From positions 64,001 to 128,000 of the forward strand of contig JBMFRC010000009.1 of assembly GCA_049968235.1 (NCBI GenBank): 64,000 nt of DNA. Reading direction: 5' to 3'. Shown piece after piece: positions 39,873 through 50,266 of the stretch; position 1 is the first letter of the stretch, and the number at the start of each line of letters is the position of its first letter. Source of the stretch: Candidatus Hydrogenedens sp. (GTDB lineage: Bacteria; Hydrogenedentota; Hydrogenedentia; Hydrogenedentales; Hydrogenedentaceae). The notes beneath the pieces are model-generated. The model did no database searches. It worked only from the letters and a program-made list of their open reading frames with translations, and was not told the origin of the DNA. Made by a program: the position numbers and the translations under genes.

Positions 39873-41554
39873 AAACCTTGTATATCAAAGATTTTGCACT
39901 TATTGATGAACTCGAAATTACTTTTTCATCAGGATTGAATATCCTGTCAGGGGAAACGGGTGCGGGCAAATCTATTATTGTTGAATCCCTACAAATGGCG
40001 TTAGGGGAGAGGGCATCCACAGAATTTATCAGAACAGGTGCCGAAAAAGCACGAGTAGATGCCGTATTTCATATCTCTAATGTGTCCCAATCTATACAAC
40101 AGATACTGAATGAATATGAAATTGAATTAGATGATGACAGAATTATCCTTTCCCGTCTTATATCTTCCGATGGGAGAAGCAAAGCATGGGTTTCGGGAAG
40201 ACCTGTGCCTGTCAGTGTCCTCTTAAATCTGGGCAATCAACTTGTAGATTTTCATGGACAACACGAACATCAATCTGTATTAAAATCCTCATGTCAGTTG
40301 GAATTATTAGATACCTTTGCAGATGCTATTACTCTTTGTGAAGATGTGCGGAAGAAGTTTCATGCTATTAAGGAGATAGAGGAAGAAATAACATCCCTTG
40401 AGGAGATGGTTCAACGACAGAACCGCGAGTTAGATTTATTAAAACATGAATTAAACGAGATTGAACAGGTAGCCCCATCTATTGGGGAGGATGAAAGCCT
40501 ACGAAATCAACTATCTTATGCTATGAATCTTGATAATATCAGGAAGAATGCAAAAGAAATCTCCGAATTACTTTCCGGTTCAGAATTTAGTGTGATTGTT
40601 TTTTTACATCGTATACAATCTATGTTGGGTGAACTACAAAAACATGATACAACCTTTGAACCATTTTTTAATCGCCTTGAAGAAATTCAATGCGAACTGC
40701 AAGAACTATCCCGAGAATGTGAACGATGCTGTAGTCTGGTAGAAATTAGTGAAGAAGAAATTGAACGGTTAAATCAAAGACTTAACCAGATAAACCGATT
40801 GAAACATAAATACGGGAATACAATTGAGGAAGTATTGGAATATGCACAAAAAGCACGTTCCGTCCTGGATAAGGTTGTAAACAGTGAACAGCAGTTAGAA
40901 GAATTAAATAAACAAAAAAATAAACTCTACAAAGAAATCATGCAATCCGCAGAAGAATTATCCGAACGAAGGCAGAAAGCAGGAGAAACACTTTCCTCAC
41001 AGGTAACACAATCACTTAAAGATTTAGCAATGAAAGATGCTACTTTCCATGTAGCAATAGAAAGATGTCCATTATATTCAAACGGTATAGATAAAGTTGA
41101 TTTTTTACTAACTTCCAATATTGGCGAAATCGAAAAACCCTTACGACAAATTGCCTCCGGTGGTGAAATGTCTCGAATTATGCTCGCATTAAAAACAGAA
41201 CTGGCTCGTGCTGACCAGATTCCTACCTTAATATTTGATGAAATTGATGCAGGCGTAGGCGGTATGGTCGCACGAAAAGTAGCCGAAAAGTTGGCAGAAT
41301 TAGCCCGGCATCATCAGGTTCTTGTTATAACGCATATCCCACAGATTGCCATTTTCGGGGTTTCCCATTTCCAGATATGGAAAGAAAATGTAGATAACCG
41401 AACTGTAGTCCGTATTAAACATCTAAAAGGGGAAGAAAGAATTAAAGAAATTGCCCGCATGCTCGACGGCTCTGTTTCTGAAATTAGTTTGAAACATGCC
41501 AATGAATTATTAAAAGAAGTAAAACAGCAGAAAGGAGTAAAAACGAATGGATAA
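39866..41554 (+). CDS. recN: DNA repair protein RecN
   Basis: [38 protein letters not shown] (Walker A) and a C-terminal SMC signature [12 protein letters not shown]. Confidence 0.9.
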   Translation: [562 protein letters not shown]

Positions 41555-42125
41555 ACCCAAAATTAAAATCGGTGTTATGGGCTCTGCTGGTGGAGAAATT
41601 TTACCAGAAGTAGCACAAAAATGCAGAATTTTAGGAGAAACAATTGCAGAATTGGGCTGTGTAATATTAACAGGAGGCTGTCCTGGTTTACCTCACGAAG
41701 CAGTCAAAGGATGTAAGTCCAGAGGCGGTTTAACAGTCGGAGTTTCTCCCGCATTAAGCGAGTATGAACATGTCCATGTCTACGGAAGTCCTCTCGACCA
41801 TATTGACATTATGATATACACAGGCTCGGGCCTGATGGGTCGTGAAGTAATAGGTGTACGCAGTTGCGATATTATCATTATAGTAGGAGGTCGTTCCGGC
41901 ACATTAGGCGAATTTTCCATTGCTTACGATGAAGGAAGACCTATCGGTGTCCTGATGGGTACAGGAGGTATTGCGGACCATGTCGATGATATTCTCCCTG
42001 TTATCGAGAAAAAAACAGGTTCAAATATTGTTTTTGACAGGGACCCAAAACGGCTTGTTGAGCGTTGTGTAGAATGGTTTAAAGCACATCCACCGGTTAT
42101 AAGAAACAGGGAGTCCGCCTCATGA
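41547..42125 (+). CDS. TIGR00725/LOG-like Rossmann-fold nucleotide-binding protein
   Basis: GVMGSAGGE...LTGGCPGLPHE...GGRSGTLGEF pattern of the LOG/SLOG-type fold; overlaps the recN stop and the next gene's start. Confidence 0.55.
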   Translation: MDKPKIKIGVMGSAGGEILPEVAQKCRILGETIAELGCVILTGGCPGLPHEAVKGCKSRGGLTVGVSPALSEYEHVHVYGSPLDHIDIMIYTGSGLMGREVIGVRSCDIIIIVGGRSGTLGEFSIAYDEGRPIGVLMGTGGIADHVDDILPVIEKKTGSNIVFDRDPKRLVERCVEWFKAHPPVIRNRESAS

Positions 42126-43501
42126 AAATTACATCCTATGGTGCTGCACAAGAAGTAACAGGAAGTAAACACCTCTTAGAAATAAATGGCAATAAAATTT
42201 TACTGGATTGTGGACTTTTTCAGGGAAGACGAACCGAAGCTGACCAAAAAAACCGTCAGAATTCTCTCGACATACAGAAGATTAATAGCATCATACTTAG
42301 CCATGCACACATAGACCATAGCGGTCTATTACCATTGTTCGGTAAAAAAGGATATAGAGGACCCATCTACGCAACACCTGCTACACGAGATTTATGTTCC
42401 ATTATGTTAATGGATAGTGCCCATATTCAACAGAAAGATGCCCAATGGCTGTCCAAAAAGCACCTGACCTTTATACCACCTCTTTACACTTCAGATGATG
42501 TCCATGAAATTATGAAACGTTTTATATCTATTCCTTATGAAATGCGGATACAGGTCGGAAATGATGTCTTCCTGACATTCCACGACGCAGGACATGTATT
42601 AGGTTCCGCAATGGTCGAATTAGAATATCGAGAAACGTCGAAGTGGAAACGGTTCATCTTTTCAGGAGATATTGGTCGAAAAAATATGCCCATACTTGCA
42701 GACCCATGGGAACCCCCTCTTTGTGATACCCTGATTATGGAATCCACCTATGGTGACCGTGACCATGGTAATGTAGAACAGATGGATGCTAAATTAGAAG
42801 AGATAATAAAAGAGGCAGTTGCACAGGATGGCAAAATTATTGTCCCCAGTTTCGCATTAGAACGAACACAAGAATTTATTTACGCTCTACACCGATTGGA
42901 AACACAAAACCGAATTCCCGATATTCCTGTGTATGTAGATAGTCCTCTCACTGTGGACATTACAGAAGTATTTCGATTGCATATGGAATCCTTTGACGAG
43001 GAATTTAAAAAACAACTACGCGAAGCAGGCAATCCCTTTGACCTGAAACGAATCCGATATGTTCGTTCCCAGACCGAGTCTATGGAATTAAATAGTTTAA
43101 AAGGTCCTGCTATTATTATCTCTGCATCCGGAATGTGTGAATATGGTAGAATTTTGCACCATCTCCGAAACAATATCTCAGACCCACGCAATACCATTCT
43201 TATCATTGGTTTCCAGGCTGAATATACATTGGGTCGCAAGATTGTTGAAAAACAAAAACAGGTAAAAATTTTAGGTGTTATGTTGGAGTTAAAAGCACGC
43301 GTTCGAGTTATGAACGAATTTAGTGCACACGCAGGTAGGGCTGAACTCATTGATTTTGGTGCCAGATACGCAAATACAGATACAAAAGTTTTTCTGGTAC
43401 ATGGCGAAACAAAAGCAATGCAGGCTCTATACTCAGCACTTGAAGAAAAAGGAGTTAAAAATCTATCCATTCTTAAATTCTGCGAAACCGTAGAAATCTA
43501 A
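42122..43501 (+). CDS. MBL-fold beta-CASP ribonuclease-like metallo-hydrolase
   Basis: HAHIDHSG metallo-beta-lactamase motif, beta-CASP-length C-terminal region (459 aa). Confidence 0.7.
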   Translation: MKITSYGAAQEVTGSKHLLEINGNKILLDCGLFQGRRTEADQKNRQNSLDIQKINSIILSHAHIDHSGLLPLFGKKGYRGPIYATPATRDLCSIMLMDSAHIQQKDAQWLSKKHLTFIPPLYTSDDVHEIMKRFISIPYEMRIQVGNDVFLTFHDAGHVLGSAMVELEYRETSKWKRFIFSGDIGRKNMPILADPWEPPLCDTLIMESTYGDRDHGNVEQMDAKLEEIIKEAVAQDGKIIVPSFALERTQEFIYALHRLETQNRIPDIPVYVDSPLTVDITEVFRLHMESFDEEFKKQLREAGNPFDLKRIRYVRSQTESMELNSLKGPAIIISASGMCEYGRILHHLRNNISDPRNTILIIGFQAEYTLGRKIVEKQKQVKILGVMLELKARVRVMNEFSAHAGRAELIDFGARYANTDTKVFLVHGETKAMQALYSALEEKGVKNLSILKFCETVEI

Positions 43502-43647
43502 AGTATCACCAAATGTTCAATTACTTTATAATCATATTTTATCCTAATGTAGGGCGGAATATTTTTCGCATTTTAAATGTAGTGTTATTTATAATTATAA
43601 TTATGTGTATAAATTTATATAGAATAATCTAATATAAGGGTTTTGTT

Positions 43648-44079
43648 ATGAAAAAAATCTTTTTATTAATGGTATTGGTTCTCGGTCTTGTGTCTCTTTC
43701 CGGTTGTAATCCAGACACTCGTTTGAATGGTGTTTGGGAAGGTTCACAGTGGGAAAATGGTAAAGAGATGGAAAATAGTCAAATTACAATTGAATTTAAA
43801 AGTGGTTCTTTGAAAATTTCGCAGAATGTAGGTGCTATTAGTTTCAATTATCAGGGCTCGTATGCAACATATATCGAAAAGTTCCCTAATCAAATATTTT
43901 TTACAATTAATATAGACAATAATATAGCTATTATACGCAAAGGTATTTATCGTTTTAATCTTCCCATGTTTGGTAAAACACTCTATCTATCTGTAACACA
44001 ATCCGATGAAGAGAACTATCCTCCCAAAGAGAGATTAAATCCCGATGTAGGACCTGTGTATGTACTGAAAAAGAAGTAA
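43648..44079 (+). CDS. Lipoprotein, hypothetical
   Basis: Signal peptide with a lipobox LSGC; 143 aa. Confidence 0.45.
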   Translation: MKKIFLLMVLVLGLVSLSGCNPDTRLNGVWEGSQWENGKEMENSQITIEFKSGSLKISQNVGAISFNYQGSYATYIEKFPNQIFFTINIDNNIAIIRKGIYRFNLPMFGKTLYLSVTQSDEENYPPKERLNPDVGPVYVLKKK

Positions 44080-44089
44080 GGAACTCATC

Positions 44090-45241
44090 TTAAAAAGAAG
44101 CCAGGGGATTAATAGGCTTTTTATGTGTTTTATGTTCAATAAAACAACATCCGGGACAGGTTGCCCAAAGATGATTTTTACATGCCTGTCGGAATTGACG
44201 CATAACCGGATTATTCCATAATTCTTTTAAGGATGCGTTTTTGATATTTCCAATTTTACATATCCAGCAAGGATATACATCGCCTGTTCGTCCAATGAAT
44301 AAAGTATTCCATGCATTTCTACATTCAAAATCATTTAAATCAATTCCTATTGTATAGTAGTCAATAATCGAAGAAATAGGCATTCGAGGAAGACGCAGTT
44401 GTATCCCTAATTTTGTCGCTTCTGTAATCGTTTCTGTTAACGATATTGTCAATTTATCTCTATCAATTTTGGGATACTGAATATGTTCCGCTTTATATAC
44501 CGAAGGGTCTACATCCCCCAAACCGGGAAGGTCAAGAGATCTACTTTCTGTTACTAAATTCAGGACATCTGCCCCTAATTCCTTTATCAAAGCAGGCATT
44601 TGAGGTAAAATCTCCACATTATCCTGCTGAATAACGGTTGTTATATGTATCAATGGACACTGTTTTTTCGCCTTCTCACGATATTCTCGTAAAAATTTAA
44701 TCCCTGTGATAGTTCGTTCAAAAGCCCCTTTCATCTTACGGATATTATCATGTTTTTCTCCGGGTGCTTCAATAGATGTCCCTGCAAAATTAAGTCCTTT
44801 CCCTCCCAACCTTCTGGGTGCTAATTCTACCAGTTCTTCTGCTCTTTCCTCCGTAATCATTGTCCCATTTGAAATAAAATGTGTTCTTGCTCTTCTACTT
44901 GCATAGGAGAACAATTCCATAAAATCCTTGCGTACAAAAGGTTCTCCACCGGTAAATGTAATCAAACTCCATGAATGTATTTGTGAAATTACATTTTTCC
45001 ATTCTTCTGTAGTTAACTCTCCTTCCATTTGCTGTTTAATAGGGACATTTTCCAGCCAATCAATATATTGGCACATTTTACAACGAAGGTTGCAACGACG
45101 GGTAAGTTCGATATAGTAATGCCATGCAGGAAATGAATAACCGCTTTTAAAATAATTATATGGAATAGAACTATAAAAGCGTTGAAGTATATCGTAAAGT
45201 GAGGCAATACCCCAGCGTAATACTGAATTTTTACATTCCAT
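44090..45241 (-). CDS. Radical SAM protein with a C-terminal SPASM/twitch Cys-rich domain
   Basis: CNLRCKMCQY (C-x3-C-x2-C) plus C-terminal Cys clusters (CWICK...CKNHLWATCPGCCF). Confidence 0.75.
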   Translation of the reverse strand: MECKNSVLRWGIASLYDILQRFYSSIPYNYFKSGYSFPAWHYYIELTRRCNLRCKMCQYIDWLENVPIKQQMEGELTTEEWKNVISQIHSWSLITFTGGEPFVRKDFMELFSYASRRARTHFISNGTMITEERAEELVELAPRRLGGKGLNFAGTSIEAPGEKHDNIRKMKGAFERTITGIKFLREYREKAKKQCPLIHITTVIQQDNVEILPQMPALIKELGADVLNLVTESRSLDLPGLGDVDPSVYKAEHIQYPKIDRDKLTISLTETITEATKLGIQLRLPRMPISSIIDYYTIGIDLNDFECRNAWNTLFIGRTGDVYPCWICKIGNIKNASLKELWNNPVMRQFRQACKNHLWATCPGCCFIEHKTHKKPINPLASF

Positions 45242-45317
45242 AGTATTTCTCTTTTTTTTCTATTGTAACAAAGTATCCACAGACATTATTTCAATTGTCT
45301 ATTGTAAACAAATAGAA

Positions 45318-46103
45318 TTACTCAAATGAAAATATTTTCTTTGCATTTTGGTTTGTGGAATGAATTATATCCGTTATACGAACCTTTTTTATCTCTGCTA
45401 TTTTTTCTGCTGTATAAAGTAAAAATTCTGGAACACATCTTTTCCCTCGAACAGGTTGTGGTGCAAGATATGGAGCATCTGTTTCGATAAGTAAAAATTC
45501 CAGGGGTACCCGTTCCACACAATTTTGTAATTCAATGGCTTTGGGGTATGTTATGTTTCCTGCAAAAGATATATAACAATTTAGTTGCAGAAATGGTTCC
45601 ACCATATCCATATCACCTCCGTAACAATGCAGAATTATAGAAGGGACATTTTTATAATAATCGCATAGAATTTCGTAAGTATCCTTTTCTGCATTTCTGC
45701 TGTGTATTACTATCGGAAGGTTATGCTGATGTGCAAATTCAATTTGCTGAACGAATGCTTTTTTTTGAATATCCTTTGGTACTTTACAATGATAATAATC
45801 CAGTCCTATTTCACCAATAGCACGAATATACCCAGTATGTAAAAATGAACTTAGTGTTTCTAAATTCCCTTCAATAACTTTTTCTGAATAATACGGATGA
45901 TAACCTACTGCATATCTTATTTTAGGGTGTTTTATTAAAGATAATGAAGAAATATTAAAAGGTTCCTCAATAATAATAACTAAACCCTCTAACATTTCAA
46001 GAGAAGCAGTAATTATCTTCTCTCTGTCCTCATTAAATTTTTCATCAAATAGATGACAATGACTATCTATGGGTTTTATTTGTATGTTATTCTGAACTGG
46101 CAT
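45318..46103 (-). CDS. tatD: TatD-family metal-dependent DNase/hydrolase
   Basis: IDSHCHL N-terminal motif; 261 aa. Confidence 0.8.
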   Translation of the reverse strand: MPVQNNIQIKPIDSHCHLFDEKFNEDREKIITASLEMLEGLVIIIEEPFNISSLSLIKHPKIRYAVGYHPYYSEKVIEGNLETLSSFLHTGYIRAIGEIGLDYYHCKVPKDIQKKAFVQQIEFAHQHNLPIVIHSRNAEKDTYEILCDYYKNVPSIILHCYGGDMDMVEPFLQLNCYISFAGNITYPKAIELQNCVERVPLEFLLIETDAPYLAPQPVRGKRCVPEFLLYTAEKIAEIKKVRITDIIHSTNQNAKKIFSFE

Positions 46104-46121
46104 GGATAGTAAAAATATCTG

Positions 46122-46883
46122 TTAGGAATCTTTATTGGTGGGGTCAAGGGGTTCATCTTCAAGTTCTTTTAACAACTTTATTTCTTCCTGGTCTAATTCT
46201 TCATCAATATCTGCCTCATCATCCCTGAAATATTTCAAAGGAGGATACATTTCATTTTCGTAGGATAAGCAACAGAGAAGGCGACCACATTGCCCACTAA
46301 TTTTTGTTGGATTTAAGGATAGATTCTGCCTCTTTGCCATTCGCATAGAAATAGGTATAAATTGTTCAAGCCACTGAGCACAACAAAGTTTTAATCCACA
46401 ATTACCAATTCCCCCGACCAATTTGGCTTGGTCGCGAATTTGTATATGTCTCAATTCAATTCGTGTGCGAAATTCCTGCGCAAGGTCTTTGACTAATTCA
46501 CGAAAGTCAACCCGTCGGTCTGCTGTAAAATAAAAAGTAAGGCGATGTTTATCAAAAGTATATTCCGCATCAGCCAGACGCATAGGCAAATTGTGCTTGT
46601 TAACATACTTCTGACAGGTTACCAATGCTTTTTTTTCTTCTTGCACGATTTCTTTTAATGTTTTATGGTCATTATTATGCGCCCGACGAATCACCTTAAA
46701 AGCACTATGACGTTCTATTTCCACAGAACACGGTTCCGGAGGAAGAACACAGATGCCCCATTCCTGCCCACGGTCAGTTTGCACAATACAGGGGTCATCT
46801 CTTTTAATAATAATCTGTTCACTGCAAAGTACCTGTAATACTCGTCTCGGTTTTCTCATGCGTATTCTGGCTATATTTTGCAT
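46122..46883 (-). CDS. ricT: PSP1 C-terminal domain protein (RicT/YaaT-like)
   Basis: Conserved position after holB-tmk as in Bacillus yaaT; Cys-containing PSP1 domain. Confidence 0.7.
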   Translation of the reverse strand: MQNIARIRMRKPRRVLQVLCSEQIIIKRDDPCIVQTDRGQEWGICVLPPEPCSVEIERHSAFKVIRRAHNNDHKTLKEIVQEEKKALVTCQKYVNKHNLPMRLADAEYTFDKHRLTFYFTADRRVDFRELVKDLAQEFRTRIELRHIQIRDQAKLVGGIGNCGLKLCCAQWLEQFIPISMRMAKRQNLSLNPTKISGQCGRLLCCLSYENEMYPPLKYFRDDEADIDEELDQEEIKLLKELEDEPLDPTNKDS

Positions 46884-46897
46884 ATATAACTACCTCT

Positions 46898-48028
46898 TCA
46901 AATTTTCGGTGATAAAGCAAAAAACAAATCTCGAACAACTTTTTCACGGCTTATGTTCCGTAACAAATAAGAACGAACTTTTCCCACAAAGTTTAGTCCT
47001 GCCTCTGCGTGCTGTTGATTCCATGACTTAAATTCTGAAATCATTTCAGGAAAATATAGCATATCAGAATTCTGAGTGTTAATATAAACCAGCACGTCAC
47101 GCAAAAAACAAGTTATCAAATACAAACAAGATTCAAACTCATTAGCAACCTGTGCCTCTATTTCCGCATTTATTAATTGCTGTAGTGCATTTTGTTCGGC
47201 AGGGGTTAACTCTTTCTTATCTATATTTTCCGTTTTACTTGCCTCCTTTTCAATTTTCTTCCGTATCCCTGTAAGAAACTGTTCAAATTCTACGGTAAGT
47301 AGTAAAGGGTCCCTACCTTGTGCTAACTGCCGGAACAATTCCATTATTAAAGTCCGTTTATCGGAATCCAATATTTCTATGCTTTTAGATATCTGCCCTT
47401 GAGATAACATAGCAACAAGATAAGCAGTTTTTTCCGGAATTTCCTTGATTTGGTTTATAATTTTTGTGACGGTTTCCAGTCTCAGCCTTTGAAAACGAAT
47501 GGGCTGGCACCGGGAGCGAATGGTTGGAAGTATTAACCCCGGATTCGAACTGAGTAGAATAAAAGTTGTTTCAGAAACAGGTTCTTCAAGTGTCTTTAAA
47601 AAGTGATTTTGAGCCGGTATCCCTATTCTCTCCGCATCTTCAAAAATAATAAATCGTCGACTACTCTCATAGGCTCTATACAGGGCTATCTTATTAACCT
47701 CTTCTATTGTATCTACACTAATAAGTCTTGTTTTCCCCATTGGTCGGATTATCATTACATCCGGATGAATGTCTCTTTCAATACGAGAACAAATAGAACA
47801 GTCTCCACACCCTTTTACTTCTGTATTTTGACATAAAACTGATTGAGCAAACGCCTTTGCAGTAACTTTCTTCCCAACTCCATCAGGTCCCCAGAAGAGA
47901 TATGCATGAGAAATGCGATTGTTTTGGATAGAATTAGTTAAGATACGAATAGCAGTATTCTGGTCTTTTATTTTTTGAAAAACCGGAGGTATGCGTTTCT
48001 CAATATGATTACTTATTATTTCTGGCAT
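46898..48028 (-). CDS. holB: DNA polymerase III delta-prime subunit
   Basis: HAYLFWGPDGVGK Walker A of the AAA+ clamp-loader subunit, followed by the zinc module CGDCSIC. Confidence 0.85.
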   Translation of the reverse strand: MPEIISNHIEKRIPPVFQKIKDQNTAIRILTNSIQNNRISHAYLFWGPDGVGKKVTAKAFAQSVLCQNTEVKGCGDCSICSRIERDIHPDVMIIRPMGKTRLISVDTIEEVNKIALYRAYESSRRFIIFEDAERIGIPAQNHFLKTLEEPVSETTFILLSSNPGLILPTIRSRCQPIRFQRLRLETVTKIINQIKEIPEKTAYLVAMLSQGQISKSIEILDSDKRTLIMELFRQLAQGRDPLLLTVEFEQFLTGIRKKIEKEASKTENIDKKELTPAEQNALQQLINAEIEAQVANEFESCLYLITCFLRDVLVYINTQNSDMLYFPEMISEFKSWNQQHAEAGLNFVGKVRSYLLRNISREKVVRDLFFALSPKI

Positions 48029-48648
48029 AGTTCCCTTAAATCGTTTTGTATGATTAAAGCAATTGCATCTTCAGATTGCATCGCATCAATTATCATAACC
48101 CTCTGAGGATTCTCCTGTGCAATCCGAAGAAAACAATCACGGATTCTTTGGTGAAATTCCATATTTTCTGTTTCTAAACGGTCTAAGGTATTTCCGCGTT
48201 TACTTATCCGTTGTATTCCTACCTCAACAGGTAAATCAAATAAATAAGTTCTTGTAGGATAAATTCCTAATGTAGCAATCTTATGTATTTGATGTATAAG
48301 TTCAAAATCTAAACCTCGTCCTCCACCTTGATACGCCGTCGTTGAGTCAATATACCTATCGCATATTACAGTAATTCCTTGTTCTAAAGCAGGCAGAATA
48401 ACCTCTCGCAGATGTTGAGTTCTATCCGCAGAAAATAATAACAGTTCCGCAATGGGATGCAATGGAATAGGATTATCATTTTTTTCGAGAAGAATTCGCC
48501 GAATATATTCACCTGCTTGTGTAGCCCCCGGTTCGTAAGTTCGCAAAACAGGATACCTTAATGATTTAAGATATTCTTCTGCTCTCTTTGCTTGCGTTGT
48601 TTTACCACAACCTTCAATACCTTCAAATGTAATGAAATGTGCCATCAT
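48016..48648 (-). CDS. tmk: Thymidylate kinase
   Basis: ITFEGIEGCGKTTQ P-loop, DRY motif (CDRYIDS). Confidence 0.9.
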   Translation of the reverse strand: MMAHFITFEGIEGCGKTTQAKRAEEYLKSLRYPVLRTYEPGATQAGEYIRRILLEKNDNPIPLHPIAELLLFSADRTQHLREVILPALEQGITVICDRYIDSTTAYQGGGRGLDFELIHQIHKIATLGIYPTRTYLFDLPVEVGIQRISKRGNTLDRLETENMEFHQRIRDCFLRIAQENPQRVMIIDAMQSEDAIALIIQNDLRELCQK

Positions 48649-49520
48649 TTGTTAAATAACCGTTGTCGTGAGTCGTTCCCTTGTTTAAAGAAATCCATTA
48701 TCCGGTCAACCTCATTGTTTTGGAGAGATAACTTGAACTCTTCTAATTTTTTTTGAATCCCTTCAATGCCTGAAAGGATATTTTTTTGATTAGTTAAAAT
48801 TATATCTTTCCATATTTCGGGTCGGCTCTCTGCAATCCGTGTAGTATCTCGAAAACCACCACCGATAAAATGATTAGGAGATTTCGTTTCCTCCGTAACT
48901 TGAGCCAATGCAGATGCTATAACATGCGGAAGATGACTTGTATATGCCATAAAAAAGTCATGTTCCTCCATATCCACTTCGATAACCTTTGTCCCCAAAG
49001 TATTCCAAAAATCCCATACGGTTTTTTTTACTTCTGTTCGGGCATTGGTCCCCTTTTCTAAAAGACAAATCGTATTATCATAGAAATCTGCTCTTGCATA
49101 CTCCGGTCCATATTTTTCTGAGCCCGCAAGGGGATGACTACCTATAAATGGACTATTCTTATGCCAGATGGATTGTGCACACTTACATATATCTACTTTT
49201 GTGCTACATACATCTGTTATTATAGCCTTTTCAGAAGAAATATATTGGCCAATGGACTGGAGAATCTTTATGGCTGATTGGACAGGGGTACAAAGGATGA
49301 TAAAATCTGCATTACTAATAGAAGGAAATAATTCTGTAGAGAAATTATCAATAGCCCCTTTTTGTAATGCTTTTTCTAAAGTAGAAATATTCCGCCCTAT
49401 ACCCATTACTTCATCAGCTAATTTTTTATTACGGATTGCCATCCCTAACGAGGCACCCAAAAGTCCTACTCCAATAATGGCAACTTTCCCGAAATGTAAC
49501 TCCACTATTTGTTTCTCCAA
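48645..49520 (-). CDS. tyrA: Prephenate/arogenate dehydrogenase
   Basis: VAIIGVGLLGASLG Rossmann motif; TyrA length and architecture. Confidence 0.8.
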   Translation of the reverse strand: MEKQIVELHFGKVAIIGVGLLGASLGMAIRNKKLADEVMGIGRNISTLEKALQKGAIDNFSTELFPSISNADFIILCTPVQSAIKILQSIGQYISSEKAIITDVCSTKVDICKCAQSIWHKNSPFIGSHPLAGSEKYGPEYARADFYDNTICLLEKGTNARTEVKKTVWDFWNTLGTKVIEVDMEEHDFFMAYTSHLPHVIASALAQVTEETKSPNHFIGGGFRDTTRIAESRPEIWKDIILTNQKNILSGIEGIQKKLEEFKLSLQNNEVDRIMDFFKQGNDSRQRLFNK

Positions 49521-49523
49521 TTA

Positions 49524-50249
49524 TTAGGAACCAAGTATCTGTTTCGCTTCTTTTATCGAAAACTTCTTTAAGTATAACGCTCTGCCAACAATAATCTCAT
49601 CTACGCCGAAGGGCTGTAATAATTTTGCTTTCTGTATATCTTCCAGAGAGGATACACCTCCCGACATGGTAACGGGAATATGAACGGACTGGGCTATTTG
49701 TTGTGTAACTATAAAATTGGGGCCTTTCATCATACCATCCGAAAGAATATCTGTATATATTATACGAATAGCACCATACTCTTGTGCCTTTTGTGCAATT
49801 TCTATTGCAGAGAGGTTCGTTTCTTCTATCCAACCTTCAAGAGCGATTTTCCCATTTTTGGCATCAATGGCTACAACTATTTTGTCTTTCCATTTTAAAG
49901 TGGCTATTTGTAATAAATCGGGATTTTTAACCATCCCTGTCCCAATAATTACCCGTGAAGCACCTGCAGAAATAATTTTCTCTATTGTATCTACCGTCCG
50001 TATCCCCCCACCTACCTCATATGGAATCCCATTTTCCCCTAATTTTTCAAGAAAAGGTAAAATTTCACATCTCCCCGATTTAGCTCCATCTAAATCAACA
50101 ATGTGAAGTATCCCTTCTTGAAGTTCGTTCCACCAGATTTTTGCTTGTTCGAGAGGGTCATCAGAAAAAACAGTTTCCTTCCCATAATCCCCTTGAACCA
50201 GATTGACACACTTTCCCCCTCGTATATCAACTGCAGGCACGATACGCAT
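49524..50249 (-). CDS. hisA: ProFAR isomerase HisA (or bifunctional PriA-type)
   Basis: MRIVPAVDIRGGKCVNLVQGDY...; (beta/alpha)8 His-pathway isomerase signature. Confidence 0.8.
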   Translation of the reverse strand: MRIVPAVDIRGGKCVNLVQGDYGKETVFSDDPLEQAKIWWNELQEGILHIVDLDGAKSGRCEILPFLEKLGENGIPYEVGGGIRTVDTIEKIISAGASRVIIGTGMVKNPDLLQIATLKWKDKIVVAIDAKNGKIALEGWIEETNLSAIEIAQKAQEYGAIRIIYTDILSDGMMKGPNFIVTQQIAQSVHIPVTMSGGVSSLEDIQKAKLLQPFGVDEIIVGRALYLKKFSIKEAKQILGS

Positions 50250-50266
50250 TTAATATTTGCCTGTTT

